NCBI GenBank assembly: GCA_026004395.1
Contig: BPJB01000001.1
Location: 391,343 to 455,342, forward strand
Length of the DNA: 64,000 bases
Direction: 5' to 3'
DNA from: Patescibacteria group bacterium
Lineage (GTDB): Bacteria > Patescibacteriota > Microgenomatia > Levybacterales > UBA12049
Shown: positions 47,686-56,635 of the stretch, piece after piece
Layout: the number at the start of each line of letters is the position of its first letter
Position numbering within the stretch: the stretch's first letter is position 1
The notes under the pieces: generated by a model
Told to the model about the DNA's origin: nothing
The model's database searches: none
What the model saw: the letters and a program-made list of their open reading frames with translations, nothing else
Position numbers and translations under genes: made by a program

Positions 47686-47718
47686 AAATTAGAGTAAAAG
47701 TTCAGTTGATAATCTAAG

Positions 47719-48048
47719 TTAGATAATTGATGCTCCTGGGGTTGATCTTTCGGATGTTGTAAGCGGAAGAGGCTTATTTTCATTTGTACACAATATCATA
47801 CCTTGTGACTCTTCTCCTAAAAATTTTCTTGGTTCAAGATTAATAATAAAGATGAAGTCTTTTCCTTCAAAATCTTCTGGTTGATAAATTGGATAAAGGC
47901 TTGTTAGAATATTGCGCACTCCTTCGTTGCCAAAATCAACAGTCAGACGAATAAGTTTTTCCGCATTCTCTTTTCTTTCTGCTTTAACAACACGCCCTAC
48001 CCGTAAATCAATCTTTGCAAACTCTTCTTTTGTAATAAATGGCTTCAT
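47719..48048 (-). CDS. tRNA-binding OB-fold protein (Trbp111/CsaA/MetRS C-terminal-like)
   Basis: F.KIDLRVG, KL..L.VDFG, NLEPRK..G.ESQGMIL; TGCTACAAT 6 nt upstream on the minus strand. Confidence 0.88.
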   Translation of the reverse strand: MKPFITKEEFAKIDLRVGRVVKAERKENAEKLIRLTVDFGNEGVRNILTSLYPIYQPEDFEGKDFIFIINLEPRKFLGEESQGMILCTNENKPLPLTTSERSTPGASII

Positions 48049-48381
48049 ACCTATATTGTAGCAGATTCATCAACAATTTGAAGATCTCAGTTAGCTAGTA
48101 GTTATAAATTTTTTTCTACTATGATCTACTAATGAGAGGAGTTAGAGAGTGTGAGTGTTTTTTAGCAGTTGCTTCTTTCTAATTTCCAAATTTAATGAAT
48201 TATGTATTGCTGCAAGTATTTTTATCTGAACAATTATGCTATTATAGAGCAAAGCTATTTTTGGGATTTAACTCAAAACTCTCAGATATAGTACTAATCT
48301 ATTCTAGAGATGATTATTCTCAATATATGATGTAATCATATATTGAAACTAAATGTTTCAGCCTTTGCTATACTGATAGTT

Positions 48382-48954
48382 ATGACTGGAAGGACTCATG
48401 ATCTTGCAGCCTTTACTGCACTAAGCTATGTTCTCGTGACAGTGCCACCGGAAAAAATTTCTCTTGCTACTGCTCTTGTTGCATTTGGTGCCAATATGAT
48501 AGGAGGACTTGCTCCTGATCTAGATCAGGAGCAAGCTAATTTGTGGCGCAGAATTCGAGCAGGGAGTATTCTTGGGAAAATCATCTCACCGCTTTTTGGA
48601 GGTCACAGATTCCTTTCGCATTCACTTCTTGGTATCGTCCTGGTTGGTATAGTTGTTGAGATCTTGTTAAATATTATTGGAACAGTTTTGTTAGTGGATA
48701 TGAATATTGTCTGGTGGTCATTTATGATTGGATTTCTATCACATATTGGGATGGATTTTTTCACTAAAGAAGGTATTCCTCTTTTTTTCCCGCTACCCTA
48801 TCGCTTTGGATTTCCTCCTTTAAGTTTTTTACGAATAAAAACAGGTGGACTTACTGAAAAATCTTTTGTTTTTCCTTTACTTATTCTAATAAATGGATAT
48901 ATTTATTATACGAATTATCAGACTGTTATTGAATTATTGCGAAGTTTTAACTAA
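48382..48954 (+). CDS. YdjM-family membrane metal-dependent hydrolase
   Basis: MTGRTH, PDLD, GHRFLSHS, SHIGMDFFTKEG.PLFFP; TGCTATACT 7 nt upstream. Confidence 0.85.
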   Translation: MTGRTHDLAAFTALSYVLVTVPPEKISLATALVAFGANMIGGLAPDLDQEQANLWRRIRAGSILGKIISPLFGGHRFLSHSLLGIVLVGIVVEILLNIIGTVLLVDMNIVWWSFMIGFLSHIGMDFFTKEGIPLFFPLPYRFGFPPLSFLRIKTGGLTEKSFVFPLLILINGYIYYTNYQTVIELLRSFN

Positions 48955-48974
48955 GAACATATAATTATTCATTC

Positions 48975-50159
48975 ATGTGGCAGAAAATTAAAAATATTGG
49001 TCATCTTATTAAGGCTATATTAGCTAACATTTGGTATCGCTTTCCCTCTAAACAAATGGTCGTTGTAGGAGTAACTGGAACAGATGGCAAAACTACAACA
49101 GCAAGTTTGATCTTCCATATTCTTAGAGAAGATAAAAAAAAGGCAGCATTAATCTCTACAGTGTCAGCTATTATAGGTGATAAAGAGTTTGACACTGGTT
49201 TTCATGTCTCAACTCCAGATGCTCTTGAATTACAGTCATATATCAAAAAAGCAAGAGATGCAGGTGTTACTCATCTGGTGTTAGAGGTAACATCTCATGC
49301 ACTAGATCAAAATAGAGTTTATGGTATTCCATTTGCAATAGGAGTTTTGACTAATATTTCACGAGAGCATTTAGATTATCATCAAACTATGGAAAATTAT
49401 ATGAAAACAAAGGCTAAATTGCTCTGTCAGTCGAAAATTGCGGTTTTAAATAAAGATGATCAATATTTTGATTTTTTTGCAAACTTATTGCAAGATCATT
49501 CTTTTAAAACATATGGATTAAATAAAGATGCTGATATTAATCCTGCAGTATATCCACTTCAAGTGAAGCTTTTGGGTAAGTTCAATAAATACAATGTGTT
49601 CGCCGCAGCAGCAGTTGCTGATTGTTTGGGTATTTCTCGATCAGTAGTACAAAAAGCTGTAAATAGTTTTTCTCTTCCTCAAGGTCGATGTGAGGTGGTT
49701 TATGCTAAAAATTTTAGCGTTATTATTGATTTTGCTCATACTCCAAATGGAATAAAAAATATTTTAGAGGCTATTTCACAAGAAAAACAAAAAGGTCGAA
49801 TTATACATGTATTTGGCAGCGCCGGTGAGAGGGATAAAGGAAAAAGAGAAGAAATGGGAAAGATTTCATCCGAGTACGCAGATATTATTATTTTAACAGC
49901 TGAGGACCCTCGGAAAGAAAGAGTGGAAGATATTATTAGTGATATTCAACAAGGGATAAAAGACGAGGAAAAACAAATTTATGTTATTCCTGATAGACAA
50001 AAAGCTATTACAAAGGCAATAAATATTGCTCAAAAGGGTGATTTTGTTGTTATTACAGGTAAAGGACATGAGAAATCAATGAATTTTGGAAAAGGAGAAC
50101 TTCCCTGGAGTGATCACGAAGCAGTAAACAATGCATTACAATCTCTTAACTTGCAATAG
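48975..50159 (+). CDS. murE: UDP-MurNAc-dipeptide--amino acid ligase (short, lacks the N-terminal domain)
   Basis: GVTGTDGKTTT, LEVTSH, EHLDYH, DFAHTP, GERD..KR, EDPR, GKGHE. Confidence 0.9.
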   Translation: MWQKIKNIGHLIKAILANIWYRFPSKQMVVVGVTGTDGKTTTASLIFHILREDKKKAALISTVSAIIGDKEFDTGFHVSTPDALELQSYIKKARDAGVTHLVLEVTSHALDQNRVYGIPFAIGVLTNISREHLDYHQTMENYMKTKAKLLCQSKIAVLNKDDQYFDFFANLLQDHSFKTYGLNKDADINPAVYPLQVKLLGKFNKYNVFAAAAVADCLGISRSVVQKAVNSFSLPQGRCEVVYAKNFSVIIDFAHTPNGIKNILEAISQEKQKGRIIHVFGSAGERDKGKREEMGKISSEYADIIILTAEDPRKERVEDIISDIQQGIKDEEKQIYVIPDRQKAITKAINIAQKGDFVVITGKGHEKSMNFGKGELPWSDHEAVNNALQSLNLQ

Positions 50160-50212
50160 ATATAATGATTAAAAAAATATCTGAAAGATTTTCATTATCA
50201 AAAAATACATTT

Positions 50213-51634
50213 ATGAAAAGTAAGATACATCATATTCATTTTGTAGGTATCAAAGGAGTAGGGCTTACTCCATTGGCAATTATTGCCAAAGAGGCTGGAC
50301 TTAAAGTCAGCGGCAGCGATATTGAAGAGGAATTTATAACTGATTCGGCTTTGACAAAGGTAGGTATTATTCCTTTTACTAATTTTTCTGAGAATCATAT
50401 CACTGATGATATTGATCTTGTTATCACAACAGGTGCACATGGAGGATATGATAATATTGAAGTTCGAACAGCGCATAAAAAGTCAATACCAGTACTAACC
50501 AAAGGGGAAGCAGTAGGCGCATTTATGCAAGGTAATATTTTAGGAAGAAAATTTTCTGGTATTTCTGTTGCAGGATCGCATGGTAAGACCACAACTACTG
50601 GAATGATTGTCAGTATTCTCAAACATGCGGGTTATGATCCATCATACGTTGTTGGTACTGGAAGTATTAGCTCAATGGATCTTCCTGGTCATCTTGGAAG
50701 CGGTAAGTATTTTGTTGCTGAAGCTGATGAATATGCAACAGAACCCACGTATAATCACAAGCCTCAGTTTCTTTGGCAGTTTCCAGATATTGCACTTTTT
50801 ACCAATATCGAACATGATCATCCTGATATTTATCCTACGCATGCAGCGGTTGTAAATGCATTTGAGGCTTTTACTCATAATATTTCATCCAAGGGAGTGC
50901 TTATTGGGTGTGCAGACGATAAAAAAGTTTATTCACTTATAAAAAACTTTGATAAGAGGACTATTACTTATGGATTTTCTCCTCAAAATGAATATGTAAT
51001 TAGTAATGTACAGATCTTAGGATCCCAAACTTTCTTTAAAGTTAGAGCGTACGGTCGTGAAATTGGTGAATTTCGTCTTCAAGTAATAGGTGAGCATAAT
51101 GCATTAAATGCTTTGGGAGCTATGAGTGTGGGAGTTGAGCTAGGTATATCAATAGATCGTATACGAGAGGGGCTATATCTTTTTAATGGCGTTAAGCGAA
51201 GACTTGAGTTTAAAGGGCAGTTAAAATCTGGAGCATATATTTTTGATGATTATGCCCATCATCCAACGGAGATTGCTAAAACATTGCAAGCATTACGCAT
51301 GCGTTATCCAAAGGAAAAAATTATTGCTGTATTTCAGCCGCATACATATTCAAGGACGAAAGCATTATTTACGGAGTTTACTAAAGCGTTTCATGATGCA
51401 GATGAGGTAATATTAGTTGATATCTATGGGTCGCTCCGAGAGATTAAAGATCCATCTGTTTCTTCAAAATTACTTGCAGCTTCAATGTCAAAAAATAATA
51501 CCCACTATATACCCAAACTTGAGGAAGTAGCGTCCTATATAAAAAAAGAAAGTCCCAATGAAAATGTGGTAATTGTTTTTATGGGAGCAGGGGATGTCTA
51601 TAAGACAATTGATCTTATTGATCTAATAAAATGA
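50213..51634 (+). CDS. murC: UDP-MurNAc--L-alanine ligase
   Basis: HFVGIKGVG, GSHGKTTTT, EADE, DHPD, DDYAHHPTE, FQPHTYSRT, MGAGD; alternative start 50165. Confidence 0.93.
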   Translation: MKSKIHHIHFVGIKGVGLTPLAIIAKEAGLKVSGSDIEEEFITDSALTKVGIIPFTNFSENHITDDIDLVITTGAHGGYDNIEVRTAHKKSIPVLTKGEAVGAFMQGNILGRKFSGISVAGSHGKTTTTGMIVSILKHAGYDPSYVVGTGSISSMDLPGHLGSGKYFVAEADEYATEPTYNHKPQFLWQFPDIALFTNIEHDHPDIYPTHAAVVNAFEAFTHNISSKGVLIGCADDKKVYSLIKNFDKRTITYGFSPQNEYVISNVQILGSQTFFKVRAYGREIGEFRLQVIGEHNALNALGAMSVGVELGISIDRIREGLYLFNGVKRRLEFKGQLKSGAYIFDDYAHHPTEIAKTLQALRMRYPKEKIIAVFQPHTYSRTKALFTEFTKAFHDADEVILVDIYGSLREIKDPSVSSKLLAASMSKNNTHYIPKLEEVASYIKKESPNENVVIVFMGAGDVYKTIDLIDLIK

Positions 51635-52605
51635 GTGATATCTTAGGACAATTGGAACAACTTCTAGGTCAAAAAGTTAAAAAAAACGAACCTTTATCAC
51701 AACATAACTCTTTAAAGATAGGAGGATTAGCACATTTTTATATAGAGATTGATAATTTGGAAAAGTTGATCGAAGTTGTTCGTTTTTCTCAACAGAGAGA
51801 TCTACCCTATGTAGTAATAGGTGGAGGATCGCATGTTGTATTTCCGGATAATGGATTTGATGGCTTGGTCATCCAGAATAAATGTAGAAGGTTTGAGTTG
51901 GTAAGTGTTGTTGGTAAAATAAAATCTCAAAAGATGAATGTAGATAAAGCATTTTTATACGCTGAATCAGGAGCACTTACAAATCAAGTAGTTAGGTATT
52001 CTATTGAACAAGGATTTGCAGGATTAGAATATGCTCTTGGTCTTCCCGGAACAATTGGTGGTGCTATCGCAACGAATGCAGATTTTCCACCTCAAGAATT
52101 CACAATTTGTTCAAATATCCATCGTGTCAAAATTCTAACAAATAAATGTCAGATAAAAGAGGTTGGAGCAGATTATTTTCACTTTAAAACCAATACTAAA
52201 TTATTAAAAGAAAACAATGAGATTATCTTATCAGTTATCTTTTCACTCACTCCTGATTCTCAACAATCACTTTGGGAAAGAGGACAAGAGGCTGTTTTGT
52301 ACAGAAATATTAAAGATAACCAACAAATAAAAGGTATTACCTATAGAAAACTTTCTCTTTCAGAAATAGATGATCTTGTTTATAAAAATATTCTTCCTCC
52401 ATTAGAGACAATTCTTCAACACTCTCAAATTGGCAAGTATGTATATGGAGGAATTCGTCTTTTCTCCAATAATCCGCGTTTTATTCTTAATAGTGGATCA
52501 GGAAAAACGAATGATTTTTTGCAGATTTTATATGCTGTAAAAAAAAGGTTAAAAGAGCAATATAAAATTTTAATAGATATACAGATTGACCAAATCGGAG
52601 TATAA
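51631..52605 (+). CDS. murB: MurB-like FAD-binding protein with a degenerate active site
   Basis: IGG.A, GGGSH, GLE...GLPGTIGGA present; YRxS, SAGSxF and terminal LExE motifs absent. Confidence 0.7.
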   Translation: MSDILGQLEQLLGQKVKKNEPLSQHNSLKIGGLAHFYIEIDNLEKLIEVVRFSQQRDLPYVVIGGGSHVVFPDNGFDGLVIQNKCRRFELVSVVGKIKSQKMNVDKAFLYAESGALTNQVVRYSIEQGFAGLEYALGLPGTIGGAIATNADFPPQEFTICSNIHRVKILTNKCQIKEVGADYFHFKTNTKLLKENNEIILSVIFSLTPDSQQSLWERGQEAVLYRNIKDNQQIKGITYRKLSLSEIDDLVYKNILPPLETILQHSQIGKYVYGGIRLFSNNPRFILNSGSGKTNDFLQILYAVKKRLKEQYKILIDIQIDQIGV

Positions 52606-52614
52606 TAAGCAGTT

Positions 52615-53952
52615 ATGGAACATCTCGAAAAGCTACTTGTTACAGGTGGAAATCGGTTGAATGGAAGTGTTAGTGTTTCTGGGGCTAAAAATGTTGCTCT
52701 CAAGGTTTTGGTGGCAGCCTGTTTAACAGATGAGGAAGTTATTATTCATAATATTCCCCTCATATCAGACGTTTTTGTCATGATTAAAATTATTGAAGAT
52801 CTAGGTGGTAAAGTAACAATTCACGATCATACTGCCCGAGTTCGTGTTACTAATTTTAGAAAAAACAAAATTTCCTTAGATCAAGCTTCTCATATCCGTA
52901 CCTCATCAATGTTCTTAGCGCCTCTTTTATTGAGAAATAAACAAGCGGTTATTCCTAATCCAGGTGGGTGTCGTCTTGGCGCTCGTCCAATAGATAGAAC
53001 GGTGGATGGGCTAGCGCAGATGGGTGCAGATATTAGTTATAATCGAGATGATGGTTTTTTTTATGCTAGTGCAGATTTATTAAAAGGCATTCATTATAAA
53101 TTTGAAAAAAATACCCACACAGGTACAGAGACTCTGATCATATCAGCAGTTCTTGCAAAAGGTAAAACAATACTTGAGAATGCTGCTGCTGAGCCTGAAG
53201 TAGATGAGCTTATAGCGATGCTTAATTCGATGGGTGCGAAGATCAAACGAGTAGAGGAAAGAAAAATAGAGATAGAAGGTGTGGATAAATTACATGGTGC
53301 TGAGATTACAATTAAACCTGATAGGAATGAAATTGTTACATTCGCAATCGCAGGAATCATTACCAAAGGAGACATTCATATACAAGGTGCAAGAAGAAAT
53401 GGACTAAGAGAATTTTTAGAAAAGTTAGATGAGGCTGGAGGAGGATATGAAGAAAAAGAAGATGGTATTAGGTTCTATTATAAGGGTCCTTTGAAGGCTA
53501 CATCTGTAACAACAGCACCATATCCAGGTTTTATGACAGATTGGCAGGCTCCATGGGCAGTACTAATGACACAAGCTGAAGGAGATTCAATAATACATGA
53601 GACCATTTTCTCGAATCGCTTTGGTTATGTAAACGAGCTGCGAAAGATGGGCGCAAAGATTGATTTTTTAAATCCCCGTGTTGATAACCCAGCAAGTTTT
53701 TATAATTTTAATCTGTCAGACGATCAGCCTGGATTTTTTCACGCTATTAAAATTCATGGACCGACTTCTCTTCATGATGCTGTTGTTTCTATCTCTGATC
53801 TTAGAGCCGGAGCCTCACTCGTCATCGCAGCTTTAGCAGCGAGAGGAGAAACAGTTATTCATGGGGTGCATTTAATAGATAGAGGATATGAGCAATTTGA
53901 AGAACGTCTTCAACAACTTGGAGCAAACATCAAAAGAACATATGAAGAATAA
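52615..53952 (+). CDS. murA: UDP-GlcNAc enolpyruvyl transferase
   Basis: GAKN, PGGCRLGARP (catalytic Cys), NAA.EPE, YPGF.TD.Q, DLRAGA, DRGYE. Confidence 0.95.
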   Translation: MEHLEKLLVTGGNRLNGSVSVSGAKNVALKVLVAACLTDEEVIIHNIPLISDVFVMIKIIEDLGGKVTIHDHTARVRVTNFRKNKISLDQASHIRTSSMFLAPLLLRNKQAVIPNPGGCRLGARPIDRTVDGLAQMGADISYNRDDGFFYASADLLKGIHYKFEKNTHTGTETLIISAVLAKGKTILENAAAEPEVDELIAMLNSMGAKIKRVEERKIEIEGVDKLHGAEITIKPDRNEIVTFAIAGIITKGDIHIQGARRNGLREFLEKLDEAGGGYEEKEDGIRFYYKGPLKATSVTTAPYPGFMTDWQAPWAVLMTQAEGDSIIHETIFSNRFGYVNELRKMGAKIDFLNPRVDNPASFYNFNLSDDQPGFFHAIKIHGPTSLHDAVVSISDLRAGASLVIAALAARGETVIHGVHLIDRGYEQFEERLQQLGANIKRTYEE

Positions 53953-54715
53953 TATCTTCAATAATCGTCATATTGCAGGAGTGATACTTGCAGCAGGAAA
54001 AGGAACCCGCATGAATCTTGAAGAGAGGAATAAAGTTACTCTTCATTTAGCGGAAAAACCTATTGTTTTGCACATCGTAGAGTTTATGAAAACTCTTCCT
54101 ATAGATGATATTGTTGTAGTTGTAGGTCATGCAAAAGAAACGGTAATGCATGTCCTTGAAAAAGAACAGGTGATATTTGCCGAACAGCAGCAGCAATTAG
54201 GAACAGGAGATGCTCTAGCAGTAGCAGTTAATTCACTACCGCAGAATATAACAGATACTTTTGTCGTTTATGGAGATGATGCTGTTTTTTATAATCCAAA
54301 ACACAAGCCAATTATTGAGCAGTTATTCATAAAGCATGTAACATCAAATGCTGCGATTACTTTTTTGACAATTGAGAAAGATAACCCAACGGGTCTGGGA
54401 AGAATTATTCGTGATGCAGACGGACATGTGCAGGCAATTGTTGAGGAAAAAGATGCAACAGCAGCACAAAAAACAATTACCGAGATAAATCCTGGATCAT
54501 TTATTTTTAAAGTCTCATTTCTTAAAAAGTATCTGCCTTTGATTAAAAAAAGCCCGGTAACAGGAGAATACTATCTTACGAGCCTAATTGATATAGCTGT
54601 TGCTCATAATGAACTTGTTGAAACTGTAAAAGGTGGTAAACTTCTCTGGAGAGGTGTAAATACTCCAGCGGAGTTAGAGGAGGCAAAAATTCTTTATCAA
54701 CAGATAGAGAGGTAA
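53942..54715 (+). CDS. Stand-alone GlmU-type nucleotidyltransferase domain (no acetyltransferase domain)
   Basis: LAAGKGTRM, Q..QLGTG, YGD, PTGLGRIIR, IVEEKDA, EINPG, EYYLT, GVNT, then stop. Confidence 0.8.
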   Translation: MKNNIFNNRHIAGVILAAGKGTRMNLEERNKVTLHLAEKPIVLHIVEFMKTLPIDDIVVVVGHAKETVMHVLEKEQVIFAEQQQQLGTGDALAVAVNSLPQNITDTFVVYGDDAVFYNPKHKPIIEQLFIKHVTSNAAITFLTIEKDNPTGLGRIIRDADGHVQAIVEEKDATAAQKTITEINPGSFIFKVSFLKKYLPLIKKSPVTGEYYLTSLIDIAVAHNELVETVKGGKLLWRGVNTPAELEEAKILYQQIER

Positions 54716-54718
54716 CTC

Positions 54719-55975
54719 ATGCAGGCAGTTTTACTTGCAGCAGGACAGTCCAGTCGTTTTTATCCATTTAAATCGTTAGGTCATAAATCATATTTTCTGC
54801 TTCTTGATAAACCAATTATCTTTCATACTTTAAGAAGTATTCAGCAGACAGATATAAAAGAAGTACTAATTGTAGTGCAGAAAAAAGATGAATTTTGCGA
54901 TTATCTGAGCTCTTTATTTCCTTCACTATCAATACAATTTATTGAACAACCTACTGCAGAGGGAATGGGAGATGCTCTTCTTCGTGTTTCTGAGTATATC
55001 AAAAATGATTTTTTTCTACTGCATGCTCATCACGTAGATTTTGATCAATTTTATTCTGAGATGATATTAGCTAAGAATTCTGCAGATGGTGTTTTTTTGG
55101 CAAAAAGAACACAAAATATATCCCGATATGGTGTATTAAAGCTTGAAGGAGAGAGGGTAGTGGAAATTATTGAAAAACCAGCAAAAGGATCAGAACCATC
55201 AAATCTTAGATTAATTGGAATCTACCTTCTTCCATTGTCATTTTTACACATCTTGAAGAACACACCTCTTGAGCATTATAACTTTGAGTCAGCGTTGTCA
55301 AATTTTGTTAAGAAGAATATTTTTCATGTGACAATTACCAATAAAGAGGTTGTAACACTGAAATACCCTTGGGATATCTTTTCTGTATCACATTTTTTAT
55401 TAGATAGGATAAATCCTTATGTGTCACATACTGCCAATGTGGCTCAGACAGCAATAATTAAAGGGAATGTCATTGTGGAAGATGGAGCCACGATAAGCGA
55501 GGGAGCAAAAATCAAAGGACCATGTTTTATTGGTAAAAATGTATTCATTGGAGATAACTCTCTTATTAGAAATTACACTGTTATAAATGAGAATTGTGTA
55601 ATAGGAGCTAATACTGAGATTCGCAATAGTATCTTTCAGTCGGGGACGAAAATACATTCCGGATTCGTAGGAGATTCTGTAATAGGGAAGAATGTCAGTT
55701 TGGCAGCGGGATTTTATACTGCCAACAAAAAACTTAATAGAGGTGAGATTACTGTAAAAACAGCCAAAGGTGAGGAAAGAACAGGTCTTAGATCATTAGG
55801 TGTTTGTATAGGGGATAATGTTCGAGTGGGAATACGCGTTACCACCATGCCCGGCACTATAATTGGAGAAGATGCGATTATTGGTCCTTCGACAACAGTT
55901 ATGAAAAATGTTCCTGAATCTACTAGATACTATACTGTATTTCAAGAAATTATAGAAAAAAATGTCACCAAATAG
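54719..55975 (+). CDS. glmU: Bifunctional sugar-1-phosphate nucleotidyltransferase/acetyltransferase (archaeal GlmU-like)
   Basis: LAAG.SSRF.P, EKP, YPWD, C-terminal LbH with GDSVIG, TAN, G..IGDNV..G...MPG..IG. Confidence 0.7.
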   Translation: MQAVLLAAGQSSRFYPFKSLGHKSYFLLLDKPIIFHTLRSIQQTDIKEVLIVVQKKDEFCDYLSSLFPSLSIQFIEQPTAEGMGDALLRVSEYIKNDFFLLHAHHVDFDQFYSEMILAKNSADGVFLAKRTQNISRYGVLKLEGERVVEIIEKPAKGSEPSNLRLIGIYLLPLSFLHILKNTPLEHYNFESALSNFVKKNIFHVTITNKEVVTLKYPWDIFSVSHFLLDRINPYVSHTANVAQTAIIKGNVIVEDGATISEGAKIKGPCFIGKNVFIGDNSLIRNYTVINENCVIGANTEIRNSIFQSGTKIHSGFVGDSVIGKNVSLAAGFYTANKKLNRGEITVKTAKGEERTGLRSLGVCIGDNVRVGIRVTTMPGTIIGEDAIIGPSTTVMKNVPESTRYYTVFQEIIEKNVTK

Positions 55976-56630
55976 CACAAAAATTGTACTCTTTGATATT
56001 GATCATACATTATTTAATACGCGAGTATACTTACTTCAATGTTTTGCAGAGCTGGAGAGGCTTCTTGCCTCAGAGAATAAATTAAATATAAAAATTTTAG
56101 CCCAAGAAATTTATGCTTCACAAAGAAAACGTGCATATTTTTCTCCAAAAGCATTTTCTGAAGAGTTGAAGCTTAAAGTAAAAACGAATCAATCATTACA
56201 AAATATTGAAAATGTTTTTTATAATGAGCATCATCTTGAAGAATCACTTTATAAAGATACACTTCCTACACTGAAAAAACTTTCTGAACAAAATATAGCA
56301 TTAGGCATATTTTCCGGTGGGGATAAGATACTACAGAAGAAAAAATTGCAGACACTTTATCATTTGTTGCATCAGAGGCTCATTTATATTTTTGACAGAG
56401 ATAAGCATGAAGCGATTAGGGAAGTTGCCGCCTTATATAAAACACAAAAATTATATGTAGTTGACGACTTACTCTCAGTTCTGGCACAATTTAAGTCTGC
56501 AAATCAAGATATTTGTACTATATGGATTGTGAGATCGGAAGAAACTAGATTAAAACAAAATAAGATTGCGTTTAAGGCTGATTTTGTAGTTAATTCTTTA
56601 TCAGATTTACTGCCAATTGTTGCAAAATAA
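55962..56630 (+). CDS. HAD-superfamily hydrolase
   Basis: FDIDHTL (DxD), GIFS, K, VDD motif IV. Confidence 0.75.
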   Translation: MSPNSTKIVLFDIDHTLFNTRVYLLQCFAELERLLASENKLNIKILAQEIYASQRKRAYFSPKAFSEELKLKVKTNQSLQNIENVFYNEHHLEESLYKDTLPTLKKLSEQNIALGIFSGGDKILQKKKLQTLYHLLHQRLIYIFDRDKHEAIREVAALYKTQKLYVVDDLLSVLAQFKSANQDICTIWIVRSEETRLKQNKIAFKADFVVNSLSDLLPIVAK

Positions 56631-56635
56631 TATTT

